A stretch of 35,157 nt of DNA, taken from positions 1-35,157 of the IMG/VR virus record IMGVR_UViG_3300022741_000058. One strand, given 5' to 3'. Position 1 is the stretch's first letter; every line of letters starts with the position of its first letter. The DNA comes from a virus. Taxonomy: Duplodnaviria; Caudoviricetes. A program made the position numbers and the translations under genes. The notes under the pieces were generated by a model. It did no database searches, was not told the origin of the DNA, and saw only the letters and a program-made list of their open reading frames with translations. Positions 18,975 through 26,247 of the stretch are shown one piece after another.

Positions 18975-19275
18975 GATTGATTGCCCCTTTTAATTGGATA
19001 TTTTCGAGTTTGAGTGCAACTGCATCAATCTTTGATTCAATAACGGTTTGGTTGCGCACGTAGTCTTCACGCCGCACATAGTGCAAAGGAATGTCTGCCA
19101 TAAAGCGCAGTAATTCACGTTCAACACGCGACCAGTTTTTGGCATCCTCATGCAAGGAAGCGAACCGGCCATCCATATTTTTTACGAACTGTGCAAACAA
19201 TATTTTCAGCACAGCAGCGAATGCACTGATCAATGCAATCCCAAATGTAATTAAATGCCAAGGTTCTAACTGCAC
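18964..19275 (-). CDS. Membrane-anchored coiled-coil protein (Mu gp25-like position)
   Basis: N-terminal TM segment, P.HYVRREDY motif. Confidence 0.75.
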   Translation of the reverse strand: MQLEPWHLITFGIALISAFAAVLKILFAQFVKNMDGRFASLHEDAKNWSRVERELLRFMADIPLHYVRREDYVRNQTVIESKIDAVALKLENIQLKGAINREH

Positions 19276-19496
19276 GGGTTTACCTCTGGTGGTTTTTGTA
19301 AGTTGGCGTCGTCACACCATTTTCCGAACGCTAACGCTTGTGTTTGTAACTGGCTCAACAATGTTGCGTTTTCCTGCACCAAATTTTCTATGGTGGCTGC
19401 GGCACTCACCATTAACGCCGCATGGCTTAACGCTTCACATTCAGCGCGCCTGGCTTCAACACGCAAACGGCGAACAACAATGAGCGGTGTTGTCAT
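19266..19496 (-). CDS. Hypothetical protein
   Basis: MTTPLIVVRR...; GGCGGAG RBS; coupled to both neighbours. Confidence 0.6.
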   Translation of the reverse strand: MTTPLIVVRRLRVEARRAECEALSHAALMVSAAATIENLVQENATLLSQLQTQALAFGKWCDDANLQKPPEVNPCS

Positions 19497-19756
19497 GGCT
19501 CCGCCTTGTATTGCTGGTTTTTGATTAGCTCTGCGTAACGGCCTGCACAAATTGCGTAAGCGTCGTAGGTTTGTTTCAACGCTTCTGCAACAGAATCCGC
19601 AGCATTGCTAATCGGGCGCGGCACTGGCGGGCACGGCACTAATAAAACCGGCGGTTGCGGCTTGGTCGGCACGATTGGCTGTTTCTCCCAGCTGCTGCAT
19701 GACGTTGTTATCAAACACGCAATCAACACGTAAATGAGCGGTGGTGGATAACGCAT
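19493..19756 (-). CDS. o-spanin (Rz1-like lipoprotein)
   Basis: Signal peptide ending ITTSC, Pro-rich, LLVPCP...Y.ICA; overlaps the i-spanin in another frame. Confidence 0.8.
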   Translation of the reverse strand: MRYPPPLIYVLIACLITTSCSSWEKQPIVPTKPQPPVLLVPCPPVPRPISNAADSVAEALKQTYDAYAICAGRYAELIKNQQYKAEP

Positions 19757-20015
19757 CGTGAAATTCCTGTGTGGTTTTTTGATCTGCTTTAACGCGATCA
19801 CTAATAGTTTTGCTAATTGCCAAGCTAGTGCGTTCTGCCTCACCAATTAGCGATTCTGTTTTGGTGATAACTTTTTCAAGCGCTTTAATATCGGCTTTTT
19901 GGTATTTGGATTCCGCAGAAGAAAAACCTTTGTCGTAACCGTACCTATAAACAAAAATGCCATTACCAACTTGTGCAACCACCACAATTAAAAAAACAAT
20001 CACTTTTAGATTCAA
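19608..20015 (-). CDS. i-spanin (Rz-like)
   Basis: N-terminal TM segment then coiled coil, directly after the endolysin; TTG 20015 after AGGGAG. Confidence 0.8.
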   Translation of the reverse strand: MNLKVIVFLIVVVAQVGNGIFVYRYGYDKGFSSAESKYQKADIKALEKVITKTESLIGEAERTSLAISKTISDRVKADQKTTQEFHDALSTTAHLRVDCVFDNNVMQQLGETANRADQAATAGFISAVPASAAPD

Positions 20016-20650
20016 AACCTGTACTCCCTGCAAACACCATCACCCCAATTATTTGCAATATAGAGCGGCTCCCAACGCAGCAAAATTGTGCGTGGATAGT
20101 TGCGGTTTTCAGTGAAGTTAGAAATTGAGCGCCCAGAATTAAAACGCTCAATTGAATCGAACCAAGCCAGCTCATCAGCCCCTTTAGCTAACGCCAGTTT
20201 GCGGTCACGATTAACCCAACCTTGACCACCGTTATATGCGGCTAACGTCATTGCCCATTGCTCACAGGCATTGCTGGCTTGGTTTTGTTTATAGAGCAAT
20301 AAGTCGTAAACAACTAAAGCGCGCAGCGACCAACTTGGGTTAAACGGTTGGGCGTTGCCCAAAGTTTGTGGGTAAACCGTCGCAATCCAATATGAGGTTT
20401 CAGGCATAAATTGCGCGATGCCTTGCGCGCCCACCGGTGAACGCGCATCACTTCGCCACAGGCTCTCTTGGTGAACCTGTGCTGCAAAAGTAGCGATGGG
20501 AGCATCAATGCCCCAGAGCGCATGCGCAGAACGAATCAGCAACGCTTTATGTTGGTTCGCGGCTACGGGAACTGCATCAGCAACTGCAACAGCGGCACTG
20601 CACGTATGCAACAAACAACAAGCGAAAATTATTTTTAGAATGGTTTGCAT
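20012..20650 (-). CDS. Endolysin, SLT-type lytic transglycosylase with an N-terminal signal/SAR-like segment
   Basis: QVHQES, GAQGIAQFMP.T, LAAYNGG, ENRNYP. Confidence 0.92.
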   Translation of the reverse strand: MQTILKIIFACCLLHTCSAAVAVADAVPVAANQHKALLIRSAHALWGIDAPIATFAAQVHQESLWRSDARSPVGAQGIAQFMPETSYWIATVYPQTLGNAQPFNPSWSLRALVVYDLLLYKQNQASNACEQWAMTLAAYNGGQGWVNRDRKLALAKGADELAWFDSIERFNSGRSISNFTENRNYPRTILLRWEPLYIANNWGDGVCREYRF

Positions 20651-20652
20651 AA

Positions 20653-20997
20653 TTACAAACCCAATGCCACGGCAATAACAACCGCTGCCACAACAATTGC
20701 GCGCCGCAATAATGCAGCAGCGAATACCAGTTGGTAACCATCAATAATTTCAAAATGGTCTTGCCATTTTTCTTTCTTGTTTACGCTATTGCGCCAATCG
20801 TTTTTCAAATAAATATCCGGGCGGGAATATGGAAACAACGCACGGTCAAGGTGATAACCAACAAAAGCAGCAATCGTAATGAGCGTTAGCTTGTACAGCG
20901 CAACAGGTACTTGCTGGGGCGATACAAAAAACAAACCCAACAACAAAATCGTGGAAAGAATGAACCAGCTGGTTAAGCGGGGGAAACGTAGCGGCAT
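20653..20997 (-). CDS. Putative holin
   Basis: 2-3 TM segments, PQQ.PV.LYK...GY.LDRALFPY.RP...RRAIVV; first gene of the lysis cassette. Confidence 0.85.
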   Translation of the reverse strand: MPLRFPRLTSWFILSTILLLGLFFVSPQQVPVALYKLTLITIAAFVGYHLDRALFPYSRPDIYLKNDWRNSVNKKEKWQDHFEIIDGYQLVFAAALLRRAIVVAAVVIAVALGL

Positions 20998-21037
20998 ACC
21001 GTATTACTCCAAAACGAAAGGATTAATTGACAGTGCC

Positions 21038-21109
21038 AGATTAGGGAGTTGTGAAAGCGGTGTAATTTGAACCCAGTCAAATGTTTTACGCGCGCGCGAG
21101 GTGGATGAT
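21038..21109. promoter_or_regulatory. Late activator site with divergent -10 boxes (lysis operon leftwards, accessory operon rightwards)
   Basis: Dyad TTTGA-ACCCAG-TCAAA at 21066-21081; TAATCT (- strand, 21043-21038) and GATGAT (+ strand, 21104-21109) each 22 nt from the dyad. Confidence 0.65.
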
Positions 21110-21163
21110 GGGTGCTCTTTCGCTAAGCAAAGAGCTAACCATTAACCAGCTGAGGATATTGAA

Positions 21164-21724
21164 ATGATCAAACCAACTATTGGCCGTGTAGTTTTATTCA
21201 AACGAAACCGCGAGCAAGAGCAAGCCATGCCTGCACTAATCTCCTACGTCCACAGCGACACGATGATTAATATCGGTGGGTTTGATAGCAACGGCATACC
21301 GTTTTCACAAACAAGCGTAACGCTAGTTCAAGGTGATACTCCAGTGCCCGAAACAGGTTTCTATGCGGAATGGATGCCTTATCAAAAAGAGCAAGCAGCT
21401 AAGGCGGGTGTTTCGCTCGCGAGTGAAAACACTATTGAACAAGAAATTCAAAGCAAAGGCTTAACAGCCCCACGCATTACACCGCCAGACGTCGAAGCAA
21501 CAATTGCTAGTGAGCAATTTTATATCTTCCCTGGCACAACTCTCACCGTGTGTTGCCTCACACTACAAAACGGCTTTCAAGTGACAGGTGAAAGCGCCTG
21601 TGCATCACCCAGCAACTTCAACGAAGAGATTGGCCGCAAGATTGCTCGCGAAAGCGCGAAGCAAAAGATTTGGGTACTTGAAGGTTATTTGTTGAAAAGC
21701 AAACTCGCCGAGCTTCCACTTTAA
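21164..21724 (+). CDS. Two-domain protein: unknown N-terminal domain plus N4 gp49/Sf6 gp66-family domain
   Basis: C-terminal TAPRITP...LTVCCLTLQNGFQVTGESACASP.NF.EEIGRKIA...IW.LEGYLL; GAGG RBS. Confidence 0.85.
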   Translation: MIKPTIGRVVLFKRNREQEQAMPALISYVHSDTMINIGGFDSNGIPFSQTSVTLVQGDTPVPETGFYAEWMPYQKEQAAKAGVSLASENTIEQEIQSKGLTAPRITPPDVEATIASEQFYIFPGTTLTVCCLTLQNGFQVTGESACASPSNFNEEIGRKIARESAKQKIWVLEGYLLKSKLAELPL

Positions 21725-21746
21725 AACCTAGCAATTATTGGCAATC

Positions 21747-21774
21747 AAAAGCAGCTTTCCAAAGCTGCTTTTTT
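21747..21774 (+). terminator. Intrinsic terminator, possibly bidirectional
   Basis: AAAAGCAGCTTT-CC-AAAGCTGCTTTTTT. Confidence 0.8.
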
Positions 21775-21788
21775 GATGGAGTGTAATT

Positions 21789-21977
21789 ATGAAATTCGGT
21801 CTTTTATTTCGTGTGGAAAGTTGGTGGATTGGAATTCACTATTCATCGTACAACAAACGCTTTTGTATAAACATCCTACCCATGTTCACACTGTGGATAG
21901 CTGCTAACAACGGCAAGGTGCCCGAACAAGGCTTTGATATTTTCCGTAACGACAAAGGAGTTGCGCAAAATGATTAA
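21789..21977 (+). CDS. Small hypothetical phage protein
   Basis: 62 aa, GGAG RBS, W.GIHYS.YNKR.CIN.LP pattern. Confidence 0.7.
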   Translation: MKFGLLFRVESWWIGIHYSSYNKRFCINILPMFTLWIAANNGKVPEQGFDIFRNDKGVAQND

Positions 21978-22449
21978 GGCATATTTGGTAATGATTGGTT
22001 TGGCGTTAGTAAATTTGGTAATGCATTTCCTTGCGCCGTTCTTAGTTCCAATTGCACTTCTTTTTGCTCGGCAAACTGTCTCTGGGCGTTACGCATTACC
22101 TTGGATGTTCAGTTGGCTTGAAACCCCAGACGAATTTCTACCCGGTGATAGAAATATATCAATCGTCAACGACATCTATGAAAAATGGGGTTGGTTTATT
22201 TGTTCCTGGTATTGGCTTGGGTTTCGTAATGTTGCCTTTGGTATTTCATGGCAATTTGGTAAACCCGCAACCAATTATTTAGCAGTACTTACGGAAGAAG
22301 AACAAAAAGCCCAAGGCGTGTTTGAGCACCGCTACAAAATAGGTTTTATTGAATTGCTGGTGGGTTACGCAATTTATAAGGATTGGTACAGCGCAAGAGC
22401 TGCCTTTGGTTTTTGGGCTGTACCGAGAATAACCGTGCGATTTGTTTAG
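21970..22449 (+). CDS. Trp-rich phage membrane protein
   Basis: AAGGAG before ATG 21970; N-terminal TM segments; LP..FSWLETPD...WYWLGFRN. Confidence 0.75.
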   Translation: MIKAYLVMIGLALVNLVMHFLAPFLVPIALLFARQTVSGRYALPWMFSWLETPDEFLPGDRNISIVNDIYEKWGWFICSWYWLGFRNVAFGISWQFGKPATNYLAVLTEEEQKAQGVFEHRYKIGFIELLVGYAIYKDWYSARAAFGFWAVPRITVRFV

Positions 22450-22508
22450 CAATCATCTCTGAGCGGAATATATTCACATGCGATGGAGCTTTAATAGCTA
22501 TCCGAGCC

Positions 22509-23582
22509 TTACTCAGTTACAGATCCATTATTAGCATCCTCATTTTGCACCAAGGATGCAGTAAGAATAACGGCATCTCTATAATCGCTACCTCCAATAA
22601 GTTTGGCATTTACACTCAGCTCTACAAGCTTGCGGCTCCATTCGCCCACTTTTATAGCCTCTTTATATTTTCCATCAAGAGAGTCATCTTGAACTATGGC
22701 ATCAAGCTGTATTCCAGTTTTTGGAGAATAAATTCTTACTTTGAATTTAAGAGGGTCCGACCAATCCAACTTTAATATTTTGTATTGCCCATCAATTCTA
22801 ACTTCATTGGAAGTTCGGCGAGCATTTTTAGTTAATGTAGTCGTTATCTCCGGTGTCAAAGCAACACCACCAACCTTTGATTTATCGCCTGCTGAAAGAC
22901 TTTTAACGACTTCAGCTTGCGCAGTACGAGCCTCAGAAGCAATTCCATTAACTTTGGGATAATTTGCTGCAAGAGTCGCAATTATTTCCGCGCGTTTGGT
23001 TTCTTGCTCTGTGTTGAATTTTAACGCCTTAAGCGTTTCCCTCTGTGTTTCATCGGAGGATTCTTTAATTGCTATTTCTTTTCTATTTTCGAGATAATTT
23101 TTATAGGATGAATCACCAAAATAAAGTACGGCGATACTTATTATGGCAATTAACAAGTCTTTAGAATTCATGCGACCTCCAATTGCCTGTATTAAGTTTT
23201 TTGCCACCTCCCCAAAGTTTATCTCAAGGAGAGATGAGCCACCTTTAACATCGACTTTAATCTCAAAGTCTTTTTTTTCTTCGTCGGTTAATCGCTTGTT
23301 AGGTGTACCAAAACTTGCAACAGAATATGCTCTATATATTCCCTTTTGAAGCTCGATGAGCCCCTTCATTACAGTTGGAGTCAAGCTTTGATCAAACTTC
23401 TCACCCTTCAAATACAGCTCAAGTGTCGGCCAGCCTTCAAAAATAATTTGATCATATTCAGGGACATCACCCGCCAATGCTTTAGTCAGAATATCATAAG
23501 CTTCAGCTTCACTTCGAATGATAACATTCGGTAGTTTATTGGTAGTATTTTGAATTGTGTTGGTACTCAAATGATTCTCCAT
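22509..23582 (-). CDS. Hypothetical accessory (moron) protein, about 357 aa
   Basis: Long AT-rich ORF with a central hydrophobic helix and coiled coil and a beta-rich C-terminus. Confidence 0.85.
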   Translation of the reverse strand: MENHLSTNTIQNTTNKLPNVIIRSEAEAYDILTKALAGDVPEYDQIIFEGWPTLELYLKGEKFDQSLTPTVMKGLIELQKGIYRAYSVASFGTPNKRLTDEEKKDFEIKVDVKGGSSLLEINFGEVAKNLIQAIGGRMNSKDLLIAIISIAVLYFGDSSYKNYLENRKEIAIKESSDETQRETLKALKFNTEQETKRAEIIATLAANYPKVNGIASEARTAQAEVVKSLSAGDKSKVGGVALTPEITTTLTKNARRTSNEVRIDGQYKILKLDWSDPLKFKVRIYSPKTGIQLDAIVQDDSLDGKYKEAIKVGEWSRKLVELSVNAKLIGGSDYRDAVILTASLVQNEDANNGSVTE

Positions 23583-23673
23583 TTTCAAAAAAATAACTAT
23601 TACAACAAAATCTAGCTAATAACAGCCACATGCCTTTTAATTAAAAAAACGGTCACTGATGCCATTTGATTTT

Positions 23674-23955
23674 TCATACTATGTCGAGGTTATGCCAAAT
23701 GCGCCCAGCTGATCGAGTAACAAGTACGGCATATTTTTTCTTTGTTTTTGCAGCTGCTCGCTTTGCTTTATCTAGTACTTCCGATTTTTTTAGGGTGCCT
23801 GATATACGATATTCACCATCAGGTAGCTTGTAAGTAACACCTTTATTGGAGGTTATCTCGTCTGTAAACCCTTCCTTATCCATCTCTTCATATAGCTTAT
23901 TGTAATCATCCCAATCTGCATCGTGCAGAACGATTCTTACTGTAAATTTTGACAT
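23674..23955 (-). CDS. GhoS/DUF2622-like endoribonuclease (Cas2-like fold)
   Basis: MSKFTVRIVLHDA...DY..L...M...GF...I....G.TYKLP.GEY...VLVT; AAGGAGAGG RBS. Confidence 0.75.
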   Translation of the reverse strand: MSKFTVRIVLHDADWDDYNKLYEEMDKEGFTDEITSNKGVTYKLPDGEYRISGTLKKSEVLDKAKRAAAKTKKKYAVLVTRSAGRIWHNLDIV

Positions 23956-24031
23956 CAAGCCTCTCCTTATTAAATTGGCAACCCATAAAGTCTGCGAGCT
24001 GCAGTTCTGTTATGAGAATCAATACATTTAG

Positions 24032-24253
24032 TTATTTTGCACCTATCATAATTTTTTCTTCTCCGGGCTTAGCTGGTTCTGAAATAATGTAGTACATGTT
24101 CAATTCATTTATTGCCATTAATTGCTTTCCACAACACTCGGCTGGTATTGGAAAGCTAAAAGAAAGTTTCGAATATCCTGATTCAAGCCTGCCCATTAGG
24201 CCATTTAAAAAATCTTGATTCATTTTTTTCCCGCACTGTGGACATGGTGTCAT
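24032..24253 (-). CDS. Small Cys-containing hypothetical protein (possible zinc finger)
   Basis: CPQCG...ECCG; AGGAG RBS. Confidence 0.7.
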   Translation of the reverse strand: MTPCPQCGKKMNQDFLNGLMGRLESGYSKLSFSFPIPAECCGKQLMAINELNMYYIISEPAKPGEEKIMIGAK

Positions 24254-24295
24254 TTAATTGCTCCTGCTGTTAATAACAGACTTATTTTGATCGGC

Positions 24296-24604
24296 TTATT
24301 CACCACCAGAAAGATGATAGAGGATTTCACTGTAGGGTAGTTTAAGAAAGGTATTTTCACTGTCTGCAACTTTACTTAGCGTTTGAATCCTGCACCAAAC
24401 ACTCACGCCGCCGTTTTCTCTTTCACACACCGCGCCTGCATTGTCGAGAAATTCAAAATGCTCAAGGCGCTTCATTATTATGGTTCTACCTTTCGGTACA
24501 GCACCAATAGGCTCTATTACGAAAATCGTGATTTGAGTACAAATCGCCACACAGATAATGGCAATTACAGCGAACGAGATAAGAAACCATTTTGTTTTTG
24601 TCAT
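24296..24604 (-). CDS. Membrane-anchored or exported hypothetical protein
   Basis: N-terminal TM segment, FVIEPIGAVPKG, paired Cys; GGAG before ATG 24604. Confidence 0.75.
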   Translation of the reverse strand: MTKTKWFLISFAVIAIICVAICTQITIFVIEPIGAVPKGRTIIMKRLEHFEFLDNAGAVCERENGGVSVWCRIQTLSKVADSENTFLKLPYSEILYHLSGGE

Positions 24605-24637
24605 AACAACTCCATTCAATTATTGTTTTTCCTACAT

Positions 24638-24661
24638 CAAAGCGCAGGCACTTGCGCTTTT
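24638..24661. repeat. Solitary 24-bp quasi-palindrome of the array family
   Basis: CAAAGCGCAGGC|ACTTGCGCTTTT, closely related to array unit 24949-24972. Confidence 0.8.
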
Positions 24662-24687
24662 ACTGCTTTATCTTTCTACATTAAAAA

Positions 24688-24912
24688 CTAGATTCCGTAA
24701 CCATCGTCATCATAGGTGGATTGTTTTATAGCGAGCGCAACTAGATCGTCAAAATCTTGTTGTGCACGAGCTAAGTTACCGGTGGTTTTTGCTGGTCCAT
24801 TGCCAACGCTTACTTCATAGGTTATTGAGGTTTTATTGCTTTTCTCATCAAAGCTTAATACTTCGGTAAGTGTTACCCCGTGTCTAGAATTCATCGTTCG
24901 ACGCTTAATCAT
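24688..24912 (-). CDS. Hypothetical protein, 74 aa
   Basis: GGAG before ATG 24912 (MIKRRTMNS...); the longer ORF-track start runs through the palindrome array. Confidence 0.65.
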   Translation of the reverse strand: MIKRRTMNSRHGVTLTEVLSFDEKSNKTSITYEVSVGNGPAKTTGNLARAQQDFDDLVALAIKQSTYDDDGYGI

Positions 24913-24948
24913 AAAAACTCCATGTGTTGTTATTAATAAAATCAAACC

Positions 24949-25050
24949 AAAAGCGCAGGCGCCTGAGCTTTTCAAACCGCTCAGCGCTAAGCGGTTTACC
25001 CAAAAGCGCCAACGTTGGCGCATTTCAAAACGGCAAGCGCCTGCCGCTTT
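24949..25050. repeat. Tandem array of four different 24-bp quasi-palindromes
   Basis: AAAAGCGCAGGC|GCCTGAGCTTTT (24949-72), AAACCGCTCAGC|GCTAAGCGGTTT (24974-97), AAAAGCGCCAAC|GTTGGCGCATTT (25002-25), AAAACGGCAAGC|GCCTGCCGCTTT (25027-50). Confidence 0.92.
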
Positions 25051-25459
25051 ACAACTCAATACCTCTATCCAACAACACTAATTCAATATCTTCCATTCTA
25101 TTTTTCTGCAAAGTAATTAATTTCCCGTATTTTTTATTTGCTTTAGGGAACATCGCCAACGCTACTAATGCAATGAACGCAAACCCCAGCAGCTGCCCTG
25201 CCGGGGCATCATTAAGCTTGCCGGAAACGGCAGTCATAACTAAAAAGAAAACAACGCAAAAAAACATGAGCATGTTCGGGGCAAGTAAAATTTTATACTG
25301 CGCAGAACGTAACTTACGTTTGCAACTTTCCCATTCACCGAACAGATCATTGGTAGACCAAGACCAGTACGTATTATTAAAGTAATTATTAATGTCACGA
25401 CCTGCAACCTGGCCATCGTTACGGTTTATCTCTTGCGTCACGTTTATATCGTTGTCCAA
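25049..25459 (-). CDS. Two-TM membrane protein downstream of the repressor
   Basis: AAGGAG before TTG; two hydrophobic helices; N-terminal motif shared with the repressor C-terminus. Confidence 0.8.
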   Translation of the reverse strand: MDNDINVTQEINRNDGQVAGRDINNYFNNTYWSWSTNDLFGEWESCKRKLRSAQYKILLAPNMLMFFCVVFFLVMTAVSGKLNDAPAGQLLGFAFIALVALAMFPKANKKYGKLITLQKNRMEDIELVLLDRGIEL

Positions 25460-25482
25460 CTTAAACTCCTTAGTTACTAATT

Positions 25483-25881
25483 TTATTTTGTTGTTTTGTT
25501 AATTATGTTTCGCCCTGCGACTTGGCCGCCTGAACTATTTATATGCTGTGTAACGCCAGAGGCTGGGGCACGTGGCGGATTACCCGCATATACCATCGCC
25601 AAAGTACGGCGCTTAGTTTCGGCATCCATTTGCCTGAAGCCTTGAAGCAATAGAGCATCTTCTCCAGACACTGCCTCTTCAGATCGAACACCCGTCACTA
25701 TGTACTGAATATCCGCCCCAACTTTTGCAATCGCAGCTAAATAGCTTACGTCAGGTGAGCGGTCTCCCTTTTCATAATTACCTTGGGCAACACGCTTTAC
25801 CCCACCAATAGCGCCAAAAGCCTCCTGATTAAATCCGAGACGCTCTCGCTCCTCTTTCAATCTATCAAAAAAAGAATTCAT
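25483..25881 (-). CDS. Prophage repressor (XRE-family HTH, no S24 peptidase domain)
   Basis: RLKEERERLG.NQ..F..IGGV....Q.NYEKG.RSPD..YL; divergent from the ner-like gene. Confidence 0.88.
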   Translation of the reverse strand: MNSFFDRLKEERERLGFNQEAFGAIGGVKRVAQGNYEKGDRSPDVSYLAAIAKVGADIQYIVTGVRSEEAVSGEDALLLQGFRQMDAETKRRTLAMVYAGNPPRAPASGVTQHINSSGGQVAGRNIINKTTK

Positions 25882-25927
25882 TTGGATTCATATATCCGTT
25901 GCAACGCATTCAAATGAATGCAATACT
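25874..25927. promoter_or_regulatory. Two operator-like dyads and the early promoter
   Basis: GAATTCA-TT-TGGATTC (25874-89) and GCATTCA-AA-TGAATGC (25906-21); TTGCAA-N17-AATACT with extended TG on the + strand. Confidence 0.7.
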
Positions 25928-25996
25928 TAACTCACACTAACCGCCACAGTTAGCAACTTAACAGACACCAAAGGGCGCGACCCCTAGGAGCCAAAC

Positions 25997-26236
25997 ATGT
26001 CCTTACGTACACCAGAGCAAGCTCGCGAAGCGCTTCAGGCCGCTGGTACTTCTATTACCCAATGGGCAATAGCCAATAAGTTTTCGCCCAACCTGGTATT
26101 CGAGGTTTTGGGTGGCCGCAAAAAATGCTTACGCGGCCAATCGCACAACATTGCCGTAAAGCTCGGCATTAAGGATGGCGTGATCGTTGTCGATCCAGCC
26201 AAAGCCCTTGAATCCCATAAACTCGCTGCTGCCTAA
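25997..26236 (+). CDS. Ner/Cro-like DNA-binding protein (BcepMu gp16 type)
   Basis: LRTPEQAR..L...G.SITQWA...VL.GR.KC.RG.SH.IAVKLGIK; AGGAG RBS. Confidence 0.88.
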   Translation: MSLRTPEQAREALQAAGTSITQWAIANKFSPNLVFEVLGGRKKCLRGQSHNIAVKLGIKDGVIVVDPAKALESHKLAAA

Positions 26237-26247
26237 GGATAGACGCA

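Noticed and set aside
23644-23668. Possible sixth degenerate array unit (AAAACGGTCACTGATGCCATTTG)
   Set aside because: The arms pair poorly and there is no CG centre
23589-24300. Integron-like attC sites between accessory genes (TAATAAC motifs)
   Set aside because: No paired R''/R' boxes with extended dyads, and no integron integrase
24949-25050. CRISPR array or CRISPR-repeat mimic
   Set aside because: No constant repeat with unique spacers; the units themselves vary and abut; no cas genes
24688-25385. ORF-track ORFs crossing the palindrome array (24688-25059 long form, 24836-25081, 24924-25385)
   Set aside because: No convincing RBS; they are antisense to or overlap better genes; the true start is probably 24912
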